NCBI GenBank assembly: GCA_043228905.1
Contig: JBHGNT010000017.1
Location: forward strand, 10,106,001 to 10,170,000
Direction: 5' to 3'
Origin: Azolla caroliniana
Taxonomy: Eukaryota; Plantae; Polypodiophyta
Length of the DNA stretch: 64,000 nt
Below, piece after piece: positions 1 through 13,866 of this stretch (position 1 is its first letter; each line of letters begins with the position of its first letter). A program made the translations under genes and the position numbers. The notes under the pieces were generated by a model. That model saw only the letters and a list, made by a program, of their open reading frames with translations, was not told the DNA's origin and searched no databases.

Positions 1-1107
1 CCCCACCCCGCAATGCTTCTCAATGCTCATCCCCACAATATCCCCATCACCATATATGTTCATCATCAATCCATCCTCGCTAACCATTTACATCTTCGTT
101 ACTAGCATAACTAACGATATTCAACCAAGTCCTTTACCAAAGGACAGTCCAAACTCTACCGAGTTAAATGGACCACATGAGCCTTCAAGTGACCAAAGCA
201 CGTCATGGCCACGTCTGAGATCGGACAAAGGCAAATGTAAGATGGCCGAATTTGAAGTAGAACAATCCAACAAACGTGATTCGGATGTTTCGACTCTCTC
301 ACTCAATACTGAGTTTGGTGTACCCATTATGCAAACACCCGATGTAAAGAAGGCGTTGACATCGACAAACAAAAAACTCTAACTCTCATCTAAAGAGAAG
401 AACTTGGTCTCTCGGTTTGGTACAATGATTATATGTCCCATCGCTATATGCCTTCATGATGAAGGTAGCAGTCGAACAAGATCCCGAAAGTTTTACGAAA
501 GCAATTTGTAACCCTTGATGGATGGAAGTCATGGATGAAGAGATGCAAGCACTCGTCCTTCGACCATTTAACACTACAAGCCTTTGTCACAGGCTTAAGG
601 AAATGGAACTAAAACTATTGTGGAAAGACCGATGAAAGATGGAAGCCGAACAGGAGAACCGGAAGACAAATGGAAACCGACAACACCGATAATCAAATAG
701 GACGTTAGATACACTTGACCTCGAGGGGGCATAGTGAGATGTCAAGATTAACTAGGTTCAGATATTTCGTCAATTATATAACTTAGTAGTTACATAAATA
801 GAATCTAGTTAGTGGATAAAGCCTTAAATAGGACTTTGTACTTAAGTGGGATACATTTAATATAGGACTTACATCCTTGTACCTATATTCTCCTCACACA
901 TGTGCACCATTGCACATGAGATCTATACATACCTCATTGTGGGTACTTTTGTAACTTGATGAGGCTTATTAATATAGAGAAAGGTCTTTAGCTACACTCT
1001 TATTAATCATCCCCCATTTATCTTATTGTTCATAAGTGTAACTCCCTCTCCCTCTTTCCCTCTCACATACAACCACACATAACATAATCTTCCGCTACTT
1101 AATCACA
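1..1107 (+). mobile_element. Degenerate Ty1/copia 3' remnant (IN-RT linker, RT/RH largely deleted), PPT and 3' LTR (~732-1107)
   Basis: Peptides 'RSRFGYND..AYAFMMKVAVEQDPESF..MDEEMQAL' match the linker/RT start of the other copia copies. A PPT-like GAGGGGG lies at 723-729. The LTR-like end 'CTTCCGCTACTTAATCACA' resembles the family U5 end. Boundaries are approximate. Confidence 0.6.
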
Positions 1108-1162
1108 TACGTGATCAACTACTGATAATTAGGCACTAATTAACCCTGAGTTAATTACCTAA

Positions 1163-4100
1163 TGTAAAGATTTACATGCAGAAGCTAAAACATAGCACAA
1201 CCTGTTCAACTGAATAGCAACGGAGAAACACGGAGAAGAAGCAGAAATACAGTAAGCGGGAGGGACAGAGAGAGAGCAGAAGAATAAACTCAATTCAAAA
1301 TAATAATACATTCTATATACACAAATGTGCTCAGAGAGCACTTTTATACAAGTCCTTAAAGGAATAACAGTCCTTCAATGCTCATGAAAGAACCTCTAAT
1401 GGCCTACAGGCTCCCCACGGATCCAATTCCCCAATCCAGCTCTCCGGGCCTAGCCGATTGTTCTTCATCCGATCTGGCTCTCATCTTATTCAACTAGTCC
1501 GGCCCATGTTCAACTTGTTTCTCAACACTCCCCACAAGCTCAACTTGAGGTTCCTCATGCTCTACCGGTTCCTTGCCTCGGCTTCTCCTGCCAACTCATC
1601 TTTTGGCACGCACTCCTCGACCCATCCGGTCCCACGCTCTTCGACCTCCTCGGTCAGCTTGTCTGCTCATGAGACCCTTCTCAACACGCTCATTTTCACG
1701 GCTTTGACACCCCTCGACCCATCGACTCCTCTATCTTGGCATTGGCTTTGGCTGCCCTCTCATTTACTTGCCCTTCATATGATTCGGGTTCCCCTAATCA
1801 AACTTCTCGACTGAATCAGTTGTCTCCGATTCGTTCCCGCTCTTGTCCAAATTGGTTGTCTCCAAATCTTCCTCCTTCTTCAGGACCTTGACCACATCTA
1901 ACCATGTCTTGTTCTTGGTCTTTTTCTTTTGGTTGACTCTATCCTTCTTGACTTTGCCACCTCTGTCACCTGCTCCGGCTCTAATGGATGTTTCGATTTC
2001 TTCAGTTGTTTCGGAATCTTCTTCAGTTATCCTCCTATCAACCGGCTCATCATCGCAACCTTTCTTCCCAGTTGCTCTCCCCCTCAAATGCAGCACATCG
2101 AGTTGTTGAATACCAAGCATCTCCGAGAAGTGTTGCAACTTGTCTATTCCAAGGGCCTTGGTGAAAATGTCGGCAACTTGCTGATCAGTTCGAACATATC
2201 AGAGTTTGACTTTACTTCTCAAGACCCGCTCATGCACAAAGTGATAATCCACTTCTATGTGCTTCATGCGAGCATGGAATAAGGGGTTCTTGGCCAGCTG
2301 CATGCTACTGATGTTGTCGCGGTAAATCGGGATCGGGGTGGGAACTGCAGCCCGTAAATCCTACAACAGCTGCATGAGCCATATTGCCTCGCATGTAGCA
2401 ACGATGGCTCCTCGGTACTCAACCTTAGTGCTTGATAGGGCCACTTTCAGCTGGTTCTTGTTGCTCCAAGCTACAACCGCACTCCTAAGAGAGAACATGA
2501 AACCTAATGTCGGTCGTCGATCCGTGGCGTCTCTGGCCCAATCGGCCTCAATATAGCCAACCAATTGTTCGACTATGCCGTGCTAGTACAACATTCCTCG
2601 ATCCTTCGTGTTGCTCATATATTGCAATATTCGATGCACGCCGACCGGATAGCTAAGATCAAGTTGAGTGATCATTAAGTATATCAGGCTTCTAAAAAAT
2701 TTTCAAAACCGTTTCTCATCACAAGCCACTCCTGAGTCAAGACGAAGCTTCAGGTTTCTATCGAGAGGAGTATAGACGGATTGACAATCCATCATGCCAA
2801 ATTTATACAGCATATTTAAGAGTGGGTGAGCAATATGTCATTAGGGGTGTAGATCACTTCGATCCTGAGGAAGTAATGAAGGCCCACTAAATCCTTCATT
2901 TTGAATGCGTCCGATAATTAAGACTTTGGCCGATTTTAACAAGGTCGAGGTCAGTGACGACCAGGTCGGCTACGTATAGTAATATGCACATAGGACCCTT
3001 CAAACTTTTCCGGATGAATAGAGAGGAGTCGGATTTAAAGACCTCAAACCCCATCTTATGCAATCGTTGTGTGATTTTGGAGTTTCAAGCTCGAGAGGCT
3101 TGTTTGAGGCCGTAAAGCGACTTCTTTAGCAGCCATACTACCGACTTGTTCAACTCCAACTGAAAACCAAGGGGTTGGACCAAAAATACTTGTTCTTCAA
3201 GGTCACCTTGAAGAAATGTGTTCTTGACATCCATCTGATGGAGATGTCACCCCCTCGCCGCTGCTACTGCTAGTACCACACAGATTTTCTTCATCTTCGC
3301 CACCGGTGCAAAGGTCTCATCATAGTCGATGCCGTGGGTCTGCGCGTAGCCCTTGGCCACCAACCGGCCCTTATACCAATTGACCAAACCGTCAGTGTTG
3401 TACTTTACTTTGTACACTTATTTTCATTCGATCGGTTTGCAATGTCAGGGAGGTTCAACCAAGTCCCATGTCTTGTTGGCCGCTAGTGCCTGCATTTCTT
3501 CCTCCATGGCCGATTGCCACTTGGCATCCTATGATGCCTCCACATAGTTTTCCGGCCCGTGGACTTCTGCCACTTTTGACATGTACTCATTATATCCATT
3601 CCGGATCACCGAGTTCTTGTGGCGAGTCAATCGACGTAACTTCTCATTTGCTGATTTCAGGGCCCTCTTGGTTGCATCTGTCCTCAACTCTTGAGGCTCC
3701 TTCTCACTTAGATTGGTGTCAGATTCTCCCTGATCCAACACACTTTTATCCTTGCCATACTCTGAAATCTTCATCTTCCCCTTATCTTTGTGCACATACC
3801 GCCTCCTTGGTTCCTTGCATAGGGAGTGCACGGCCGAGTCTTCACTGCTAGCCGGCTCTTCATTTGGCTGGTCATTCCAACTCAACTCTCCATTTAGGCC
3901 ACTCAGTCGGAATGAAATAGGACTCTCTTCTTGAGTGTCGATTTTGATTTCTTCTTCTTTCCAAATGATGTCAGATGCATTAGCCTCATCCTCAGTAATC
4001 GGTATGGAGTCGTCGGGAGTTGGTGACGGAAGAGAATACCAAGATGTTGACTCATCGAACACAACATCTCGGCTTACTCGTAATTTTTTGGTCTGGGGGT

Positions 4101-6758
4101 TGTAGCACTTGTACGCCTTTTGTTCATGCGAGTATTCAACCAAGATGCACTTCTCTATTTTAATGTCCAGCTTCTTCCACTTCTCATTTAGCACATGCAC
4201 ATATGTAATTCTACTGAATACTCTCAAGTGTTTCAAATTCGGCTTTCGCCCAAAATACAACTCATGTGCTAGCACCTTTTCTCCGATCCAATTTTGGATG
4301 TATACCGTCGTTCGAACTGCTTCGGCCCAATAGAATTTGGGCATGCTCTTCTCTTCCAGCATTGCCCTTGCCGCTTCCATCATTGACCGGTTCTTCCTTT
4401 CGACTATGTCATTTTGCTTCGGCATATATCTACAGGTGAATTCATGCCGAATTCCCATCTTTTGCAGATAACAGTTGAATTGGCTAGAAAAATATTCCTT
4501 TTCACCATCCGACCGTAGAAACTTGATCTTTCTCTCTGTTTCCCTTTCTACCAAGCTCCTCAGGTTTCGGAAACAGTCGAAGATGTCACTTTTCTTCTTT
4601 ATGAGATAGATCCAGGTGTGTCGGCTATAGTCGTCCATGAAGGAGACGAAGTATCGACTCCCGCCTAGACTCACATTCTATGTCGGTCCCCATACATCTG
4701 AATGTATTAAGTCGAGCTTATTAAGACTCCGATTTCACCCATTGGGGAAAGGATGTTGGTGTTGCTTCCCTAGTTGGCAGGCTTCACAAACTTGGGCCTT
4801 CCGGCCACTGAACTTCGGCAAACCGAACACACTTGTTTCGTTTGTAACTCCTAAAGCTGCTAAAAGTTGACGTGGCCAATTTTACTTACGCTACAATTCG
4901 ATATCCGATTTGACTTTTTGTCCTTTGGTAAACATTGCGGTGTCAACGTCATTTGTGTCAAGGATGAACATCCTCCCTTCTTGTCACCCTTGTGCGATGA
5001 TCTTTACTTCTTCTTCAATGAGGCAGCCAAGGTGGGTGAACCGAACTTACATCCCTTGGTCGACGATTTTTCTGACCAACACCAAATTCTTGGTGATTGT
5101 CAGTACATGCCGGACGTTCATTAATCTCCCTTTCTGCCTGACATGGCTCAAGGAGACATCACCGACATGCTCGATGGGATGTGAGGTGTCATCACCGGTT
5201 TTGACGACACCCGGCTATTCCAGCTTATCCAAATGTGAGAACCATTCTTCTTGGCTCTTCATGTGATTCGATGCTCTGGAGTCAACATACCTCACCTCAT
5301 TCATTTTTGACGTGCCCGTCTTCATCGAGTTGGCCTTATGCTTCACTACAAAGACTAGGCTTGTTCCGGGTTGCCCTGATGAGCCTTCTGCGTAGTGCAT
5401 CGATTTCCTTGTTCGGCTCTGCCCAATCCGGATTTGTCTGAATCGGCCCTCTTCTTCTAGCACTCGCTTTCTCTATGGCCTTTCCGGCCACAATACCAAC
5501 ATTCTATTGCGGCCTTCACTTGTCGGTTTCCGGCTCCACCTTGACTCTCCTTGCTCGTGGTGGGTCCGGAACTGCTGTCGGCATGATAATGCCTCTGATT
5601 CTACTCTTGTCAACTGCCACCATTGAGTGCCGATCCACCACATTCTCCACGACCACGGGGCCTTTCCGCCTCTGTGTACATCATCCAACTATAAGATTGT
5701 GGGCTTCTTGACACATTTGCGTGGTTTTCTTCGAGCGTAAGCATCGATTGCAGATAGAAAAATGACAGTGGTTTTTCCCTTGTGCAAATAGCCGTCTGGA
5801 TGGGCCCGTACCTCTGAGCTAGGCCACCAAGGCAAATCTGTACCATTTTATCCTCGTCCACCATCACATTGATGGACCCCAAGGCATCACATATTTCCTT
5901 GATCTTTGTGGTTTAGTCGGCCACCGTCATATCCCTCTGTCAGATATTGTTGGGCTCTTGACGGAGCTACAACTTACGAGTCATGGTACTCGCGGCAAAA
6001 ATCTTCTTCAAATTTTCCCAGGCCTCCTTCTTGTGCTTCTTGAATGTAGCCCAGCATCTAGTCATGCACACAAGATGCAAGGCAGTACAAGACTCAACTT
6101 GCCGCTTGCTCCCACACCGGAAAATCCTTGTGTGTCGACTTTGGTGCTACTTCGTTTTCTCCATGGATGTAACTCGAGTAGCCATGCCCAAGCAGGTAGT
6201 GGTGCATCTTGTACTCCCAAGATGCATAGTTGCTTTTGTCCAACTTCTCAGTCGGAAGAGCACCACCCATTCCTCTGTCCATTTCCTTCTTGTTTGTTCT
6301 TGTCCAAGGAGAGGATTCTCAACCCTCGCGCTCTGATACCATGTAAAGATTTACGTGCAGAAGCTAAAACAGATCACAACCGGCTCAGTCGGAAAGCAAC
6401 AAAGAAACACAGAGAAGAAACAGAAATACAGTAAGCGGGAGAGACAAAGAGAGAGCAGAAGACTAAACTCAATTCAAAATAATAATATGCTCTGTACATA
6501 CAAATGTGCTAAGAGAGCACTTTTATAGAATTCCTTAAAGGACTAACAAGTACTTCAATGCTCATGAAAGAGCCACTAACTCCTAAAAATATAACTACCT
6601 ACTAAACTAGGAGCGTAGGCCTCTAATGGCCTACCGGCTCACCGCGGATCCGGTTCTCCGATCCAGCTCCTCAGGCCTAGCCGATCGATCGGTCTTCGTC
6701 CAATTCGGCTCTCTGCTTATTCAACCGGTTCAGCCCATGTTGAGCTTGTTTCTCAACA
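1163..6758 (-). mobile_element. Full-length decayed Ty1/copia element A; LTRs 1163-1527 and 6342-6758; 5-bp TSD CCTAA
   Basis: TG..CA direct repeats. CCTAA occurs at 1158-1162 and 6759-6763. PBS(iMet) is the reverse complement GCTCTGATACCA at 6330-6341, and the PPT is next to 1528. Order is gag-PR(YVDSRASNHM)-IN-RT-RH(EADWARD). Confidence 0.95.
1528..6282 (-). pseudogene. Copia gag-pol of element A, with multiple stops and frameshifts
   Basis: ORF fragments 6094-6282 (gag), 5215-5463 (PR), 3529-4674 (integrase YFVSFMDDYSR..LRSDG..ERKNR), 2361-2564 (RNase H) and 1794-2138 (C-terminal charged tail). Confidence 0.9.
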
Positions 6759-9373
6759 CCTAATTATTAACACTCCTCATAGCTAGGAAGTTCATGAAAT
6801 GGGCACACTTCCTAATCAGTTGAGCTCAAGACTTGCATGCTCGAGTACAAGAGTGGCATGAACGACCCAAACAATTTGTGAACGTTGCCCGGTTCTTGAC
6901 GAGATCTTTATGCACAAAGTTCCAAATTGCCCGCCCCCCCCCCCCCCCCAACCATATAGTTGTTGCCAAGATTGATATGGCATCGCTCGAGTACCACATG
7001 AGGAAGATGACAATGAAACAACTATGTTACTTATTCCCGAACATGAGTCTATCGGCCATGTGAGTTACAATCAAACCGACCATTGCCTACCACTCACATG
7101 GCTGCCACACTAGACTCCGACATTATAGAATAGGTTATGGCATGAACAAAAGGTTCCCAACATCATCAATCAAGTGTATTAAGCCTAATCCCATGTTCTA
7201 ATCTTCGTGTCCTCTCAACCTTCACATCCTTCTTGGTCCAAGATCCCCGTGGCACCACTCGAGTAGCACATGCACGTGCGTTTTACATGACAATGTTACC
7301 CCAAAATGTATAGAAATTTGATTTGCTCCCCAAATGATTGTATGTAAACCGTAACCGAAATCATAATCAAATCTTACTTGTTAGGTTGTAACTTTTGTGA
7401 CACCCTCGCGTGTGACTCAATGATTTTGACCAAAGCAACAAGAAAACCCAACCTATAAGGAGTTAGCTTGCAAAAACAAAGAAAGTAAAGGCACATATAT
7501 ATTAATAACCACTTGGATGAACACGCAATGAGGTTCTCCTATGAAACAATTCCAATCTAGGATTTCTGTTTATTTGTGTATTTTCCTATTGATTCAAGAA
7601 CTCTTCCTCCAACCTTGTGAACAATGCTCCATGTGTTTGATACTTGATGCTTATATTAAGGACGATAAGGGAGTAAATTGCCATCAAAGCCTCAAACATG
7701 AATGCATAGAACCCCAAGTTCCCAAATTCCAAATTTTAAGCATTCCCCTAGTTTACTCCACATAAAAAAGATATGTGCCTTCAAAACCCACCCACTACAA
7801 AAGGAACTTAAAAAATAGATAGTTAGCTATTGCCCTCTTACGTACATGTTAGCTAGAATAGAAATTTCATTCCCATGCTTTTACGTTTAACTCACATGCC
7901 CCATTTGGAAAACCTAACTTAATGTTTATTGATGGTATGAAAATGCTTATTACAATATTTTGAGGAAATAACATGCTTGTACTATTGCCGTCCCACTCCG
8001 CATAAAAAAATCATTGTAGTCTCTCACTTGTCATTTATCTCTATTTCTCTGATGTTTTGGCCAAATCCCCAAAAATTGGGTAGAGCTTTTCCTATCTTGA
8101 CTTTGAGTTCTCACATAGGCTAATCCATTACCGAGTACCTTTGTGTCCATTCTAACCACTTTAACATATGATTCCCCAAGGATGACAAAATGCGACTATA
8201 ATTCTTGGATGAAGAGGGTTTGTCAAATGTGAACATTTGGGCAAGCCCCATCATTCAACTCCTCGGTGGCTCTTGTGGTTGCTTAAATCTTCCATCCATA
8301 TTTAGTTTTGATTAGCCAATGTCCTTTTCGGGTGAAGTCCACAGAGATAAGATGGAATTCAAACCCATGTTCTATCAATGCCACCACTTGTTCTTTTTGT
8401 TGTATGGATTGCCTCCATGTTTTACCAAAGTCTTATGCTAACAATAGACATTTTGAAACTATTAGAAGCACATACAACCATGGCTTTATTAGTTTTCTGA
8501 GGTGCTAAAGTTTATTGTAAACTATAGACCATGGGTTTCACCTTTCTACAAAATTAGTCTCCACCACATGGTAAACTCATGTGAGTCCTATATACTGTTG
8601 GAACCTTACAAACCACAATTATTTCTGCATTGTAATTGGGTTCATTGAATTTCAATAAAAGTTATTTGACTTCCCGTAACACATTATTTTCCTGGCACTT
8701 TGGGAATGGCTCACCAAATCTGTGGGAAACTTTAGTCTCTAATAATAGCTGCTACTAACAATCCAAATCCTAGTTTCATAGAGCCAAATAATCACCACAT
8801 GCATCAAACATCCAAATCTAGCATTACAAATGCAATGTTATGAAATTATTTGATTACCCCATTCGAACTTGACTATGAATATCTCAGGACGAGTTTGGCT
8901 TCATAGGCATAAAACAAATGTTATCCTAGGAAATCTCACTGGTTTTTAAAAATTTTAAATGACATTACTTGCACATATCAAGTTAATTAATTTTCACTGG
9001 TATAAACACCATAAAATTATGATCGCTGCAATAAGATATGACCCCACACAATACTGAATTGTCATTATGTTGCAACATATAATTCACAGAAAGGAGTGAA
9101 ACATACTCCTATTAGAGTGAATTAAAAGAGGCGTCACACTATTACATGAAATTTTCTTTACATTTTCATAACGAGTACATATTTCATTGAAGGGTCCAAC
9201 AATTTCAAGATCATCAAAGTTCGAAGATAGTGACCTCCTTCAAGTGCAAACAGTTCAGACCTGTATTCGAACATTATTGACAAGAATTACGGAGTTGCAA
9301 TTGTAGAATTCAATGGGAATTTTTCTAAGCCACTGAGTTCAAACAAAGTATACTACATAATAGAAATCCACCA

Positions 9374-10723
9374 CTAGTCAAAAATTCGTTCACCAGTGGC
9401 AAATGTTAAAAATATGAGAACACTTAGTATGCATAAGATAGCTGGCGTTGCAAACACCATTGTCCAACTTTCGGGATCTGACAGATGTAAATTCTTGGCT
9501 TTCGCCCCATCAAGAATCCAGCCAGTGAGGCCAACCCCAACAATACCTGCCAAAGTGCCTGCTGTATTAGAGATCGCCATCACAATACCTGCATAACGAG
9601 GTGCAATATCCATGTGATTCACGGCAAAGCCAGCACGGGCGAGTGCACACAAACCGAGGCATAGCGAAGAAAGCATGACAGCAGCAGTAGAAGATCTTAC
9701 CCCAGTCATCATAAACAATGCCAAAGAGGCAGCCACAAAACCACCGGTATTCAAAACTTTCCGGGTCAATGTGACTGACATGATTTTTCCAACAATTAAA
9801 TGGTCAGCAATGATGCCACCGACATTGGAAAAGACGAACATGTTGAGATAAGGGATGGTTTTGGAGACCCCGAGGCTTTCGAGGTTAACACCCAAGCCTT
9901 GGTTGAAGTAAGTAGGGAGCCAATTCATGAGAACATAGAGGGCATAATGGAAGGTGAAATTGTTGACAACAATGGCCCACACAGGGGCACTAGTGATGAG
10001 TCGGCGCCAAGGGATGTGTGTCCTCGTAAAATCCAAGGAGACAACTTTGTTAGACGGGGTATTCATATGTGGTGTAGACGTGGGAAGGATGGTATGTGCG
10101 ATGCCAAAACCAGAGGCAGTGGCTTTGGGGAGTTCAGATCGTGGCGGATCTGATGAGAGACACACCCATACAAGTGCCCAGCACATGCCAAGAGATGCCA
10201 AGAAGAGGTATACAGCCCCAGGTCCGAAGAGGCGTAAAATAGATGGTATCAAGAGCATACCAAAGCCAGCACCAAGATACATTCCAGACGTGGCGAGTGA
10301 GACGGCTCGAGATCGTTGGTGAGGTGGCACCCATTGGGCCAACAGGGTATGGATACAAGGGAAGATAAGACCTTGTGCAGCACCAATGAGAAATCGTGTT
10401 GATGCCAAGAGGATGACAGATACGGGAGGTGTGTGGGGTGTGAAGGCACATACACATGACCAGAGCAAAAATGAGAGGAGCAGAACGGGGCGAGCACCCA
10501 ATCGTTGGGCAGCCCAGCCACCAGGAACCTGAGATAATACGTACCCGTAGAAGAATGCCGACAGCACTACTCCTTTCGTTTTTTCATCTGAATCTGATTC
10601 TGCTGCTGCTGCTGCAGTGTACGCGATCGAGAAACCCACCCTCTCCATGTAGCAGATGCTACTACTAGCGAACACCATAGCTACCATCGCATACCTCTGT
10701 GGCAGCATCCTCATCGATTTCAT
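9374..10723 (-). CDS. PHT4;6: SLC17/MFS anion (phosphate) transporter, PHT4;6/ANTR5-like, ~449 aa, single coding exon
   Basis: Intact ORF with motifs matching plant PHT4;6: PQRY..CYMERVGFSIAYT, SQVPGGWAAQ, IHTLLAQWVPPHQRSR, NNFTFHYALYVLMNWLPTYF, GFAVNHMDIAPRYAG and C-terminal TGERIFD. The first in-frame ATG is at 10723; the ORF-track start at 10867 is a TTG. Confidence 0.93.
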   Translation of the reverse strand: MKSMRMLPQRYAMVAMVFASSSICYMERVGFSIAYTAAAAAESDSDEKTKGVVLSAFFYGYVLSQVPGGWAAQRLGARPVLLLSFLLWSCVCAFTPHTPPVSVILLASTRFLIGAAQGLIFPCIHTLLAQWVPPHQRSRAVSLATSGMYLGAGFGMLLIPSILRLFGPGAVYLFLASLGMCWALVWVCLSSDPPRSELPKATASGFGIAHTILPTSTPHMNTPSNKVVSLDFTRTHIPWRRLITSAPVWAIVVNNFTFHYALYVLMNWLPTYFNQGLGVNLESLGVSKTIPYLNMFVFSNVGGIIADHLIVGKIMSVTLTRKVLNTGGFVAASLALFMMTGVRSSTAAVMLSSLCLGLCALARAGFAVNHMDIAPRYAGIVMAISNTAGTLAGIVGVGLTGWILDGAKAKNLHLSDPESWTMVFATPAILCILSVLIFLTFATGERIFD

Positions 10724-10734
10724 GCCTCTCCTCT

Positions 10735-11030
10735 CCTTCTTCTTCTTCTTCTTCTTCTTCTTCCTTGTTGCATCTCCTTCTTCTTCTTCCGATTCTTTAC
10801 TCCTCCTGCCTGATGCTGCTGTCGTTGTTTCCCCCAATTTCTTTCTTTTCTTTCTTCTTCTCGACAAAGCAGGGCGGCGCTTTGAAGGCGCATCCCACTC
10901 ACTTCCTTTCCTTCCCTCCCTTCTCCCCTCCTAACGCAAATATGTATGGTGGGTGTGAAGGGACAAATATTTCCTCCTCTTCTTTTCTTTGCGTTTGCTG
11001 CTACATACATACATACATACATACATACGT
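10735..11030. repeat. Microsatellites upstream of PHT4;6: (TTC)n ~10735-10762 and (ACAT)n ~11003-11028
   Basis: Directly visible tandem tri- and tetranucleotide runs in the probable 5' UTR/promoter. Confidence 0.85.
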
Positions 11031-11224
11031 TAATTGTTGTGTTGTGTTGTGTTATGTCAAAGTTATGTTCTGTTATTTGATGTCATGTTTCGCTCTTGTT
11101 TTCTTTCTCCATAAAAATATCCTCCATTGGTATTAAAATTAAAGTGGCCTGAGCCAATATACAAAATAGTCCTCTATTTACAAGCTGACTACAAATTCCT
11201 TGGCGTTTTCAATGGCTTCTATGC

Positions 11225-13431
11225 CTCGGAGTTCATTATCTTCTTTTCCGACTCCCAGTCGGCGAGCGTCTTGTCCTCCATGAAGATAATATCTCGACTC
11301 CGGAATACCTTCTTGTCGACCAGGTCCCACACTCGGTAGCCAAACTCATCGACACCGTAACCGAGGAATATGCATGGACGGGTCTTTGGATCTAACTTTC
11401 CTCTCCGGTCCTTAGCTACATGCACGTACGCAAGACACTCGAACACCTTCAGATGCCGGTAGGACACTTCCTTACCGGTCCATACTCTCTGTGGCGTGTC
11501 TCTGTCCAAGGGTACTAAGGGTGATTTGTTTATCACATATGTCGTCGTCGACAGTGCCTCAGCCCAAAACTTCTTGGGTAGTTTTGCATGAGCTAGCATA
11601 CTCCGGACCCTCTCCATTATGGTCCAGTTCATTCTCTTGGCCAGTCCGTTTAGTTCCGGCGTCTTCGGCACGGTAAATTCGAGCCGGATTCCCTTCAAGC
11701 GACAATACTCCTCGAACTGCCCCCGGTATTCACCTCCGTTATCTGCTCGAACCGCCTTCAGCTTCCGGCCGGTTTCTCTTTCCACTCTCGCGTGGATCTC
11801 TTTGAAGACGGATAGGATAACACATGATCCTTTGTCTTCAACGGTGTGGCCCACAGCTTTCGGCTGTGGTCATCTATGAACGTCACGAAGTACTGCGCTT
11901 CGGCATGTGATTTCGTGTCTACTTGACACACATCAGTATGCACCAACTCTAGTGGTGCATTACGTCTCATCGGTGGCCTTGGTCAGAAGGAGGTTCGGTT
12001 TTGTTTACCGGCCAAACAATCAGTGCACTTCTCCAAGTGCACGTTCTTCACTGGAATGAGGTTGTCTTCTGCAAGCCTCTTCATCCCCTTCTCGCTCATG
12101 TGACACAGCCTCTTGTGCCACAGCTCACCGGCAGTGTCGGATGCCACGTTCACTTCCTCCGGACATAACCAGGCATTCATCAAGTACAGAGTGTTGACCT
12201 TCCGGGCCTGAGCCACAATCAGGCTCCCCTTGCTGAACTTCATGACACCGTTCCGGATGCTACCCGTGTAGCCTTCATCATCTAACCGACCAACTGATAT
12301 TAGGTTCAGCCGAACCTCCGGAACGTGTCGGACATCCTCCAGCAGCAACTTGCAGCCGGTTGGTGTTGACAATCACACGTCTCCTATGCCGACAATTCGG
12401 CATGTACCTTCACTCCCCATCCGGACACAACCGTGATCACCGACTGAGTAGGATGAGAAGCATTTCCGGTCCGGGGTAAGGTGGAACGACGCTCCGGAGT
12501 CTACCACCTAGGTCATCTCGTCGCCGGCAAGGTTTATCTCACTCTCCTCGGTGATGAGCATCAACTCCTCTTCACTTGCCGCAATTACCGTCGTTCCCTT
12601 CCAGTCCTGTCCCCTACGGTCTTTACCGTTCCGGTCCGGTGTCCGGTGTCCGTTCGAATCGGTGCCGTCGGTTTCCTTGTATTTACGGAAATGACGACAG
12701 TTCTTCTAGAAGTGTCCCGGCTTGCCACAATAGAAGCAAGTAGGTCTCCCCCTTGACTTTGACCGTGTCCCCGACTTTTCCCGGTTTCGGGGACTACGGT
12801 TTCTTTGTCTTCCGCGTTCCGATTCGGTAAGTAGCGCTTTGGAGTTGGAGCTCGTATCTTTATCTTTCCGACGTGCCTCCTCATCTAGCAAGCTTGACTT
12901 TACTCTTTCTAGGGATAACCATTTTCCTTCCGGCCCGGCGTTGCCCAAAGTGACAACCAACGTCTCCCAGCTATCCAGGAGGGAACCGAGCAGGAGTAGC
13001 GCTAGTACCTCATCGGCGAGAGGTACTTCCAATGAAGTTGCCTGGTGGATCAGCCCCTGGAAGGCATTCATGTGCTCCGCCATGCTGGAGCCATCTTGGT
13101 ACCGAAGTCTTACTAGCTTCCGGAATACCGAAACCTGATTAATAGCATTTTTGTTTTGGAACATTATGCCGATCTTCTCCCAGAGCTCATGAGCCTTGCT
13201 CTCTTCATTGAAGTTGTTGTACAGGCTCATGTCGATGAAGCACCGTATGTACGCCGTTGTCTTCATGTGCATCACCTCCCATATCGCGGCGTCAATTTTG
13301 TCCGGTCTCTTGTCCCCGAACTGAACTGGCAGCCAAAGGTCTTTAACTACGAGCATGTCCCTCATCTTCGACTTCCACACTGAATAGTTGGAGCCGGTGA
13401 GCTTGAACATGCCGCCAAACGATTCGTCCAT
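11225..13431 (-). pseudogene. Gag-protease-integrase of element B (disrupted, no RT/RH)
   Basis: MDESFGGMFKLTGSNY.., zinc knuckle CFYCGKPGHF, LWHKRLCH GAG-pre-integrase motif, FIDDHSRK/RADNGGEY integrase core. Confidence 0.9.
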
Positions 13432-13866
13432 TTTCTGTGTCGTTTTGCTCTGATACCACTTGAAGGGAACAACGCGCTCCTTATACGCAACGCTCGGCCA
13501 CAACCGAGCTTAGAATCATACACAGAAAACGGGAAATAATGGACGACACGAAGAAGAGACGAGTACACAGGATGTTTACGTGGAAAACCCAAACAGGGAA
13601 AAACCACGGCAGCCCACAGGCTGCAAACTATCACTATGTTAGAATGTACAACAGTGAGTTCACGTAGGCAACGATCTCGTGCTCACAATCTTCGCCACAG
13701 GCGGCGGTTACAACAGAGGCAACGACCTCTTTCTCTCTCTCTCTCTCTCTGTACACAGTTACGCTGTCGTAGTGTATTCCACACACTACGTGAAAACCAT
13801 AAAATAATATATCCGATTTTAGATACATATAAATAAATAAATAATATATCAAAAGAATTTATCACG

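Noticed and set aside
6764-9300. AT-rich region with a C-run (~6935-6948), recurring CTCGAGTA motifs and an LTR-like TGTGACACC (~7397)
   Set aside because: No paired termini, TSD, PBS or recognisable protein could be established. It is probably old TE debris plus the gene's 3' flank.
9374-10723. Intronless gene among TEs as a possible retrocopy or horizontal transfer
   Set aside because: The ORF is intact, with no poly(A) remnant or TSD, and from recall plant PHT4;6 coding regions are normally intron-poor.
10724-10867. Basic/acidic 48-aa N-terminal extension of PHT4;6 in the ORF track
   Set aside because: It starts at TTG and consists of (GAA)n microsatellite. Homologues begin near the ATG at 10723, so this is most likely 5' UTR.
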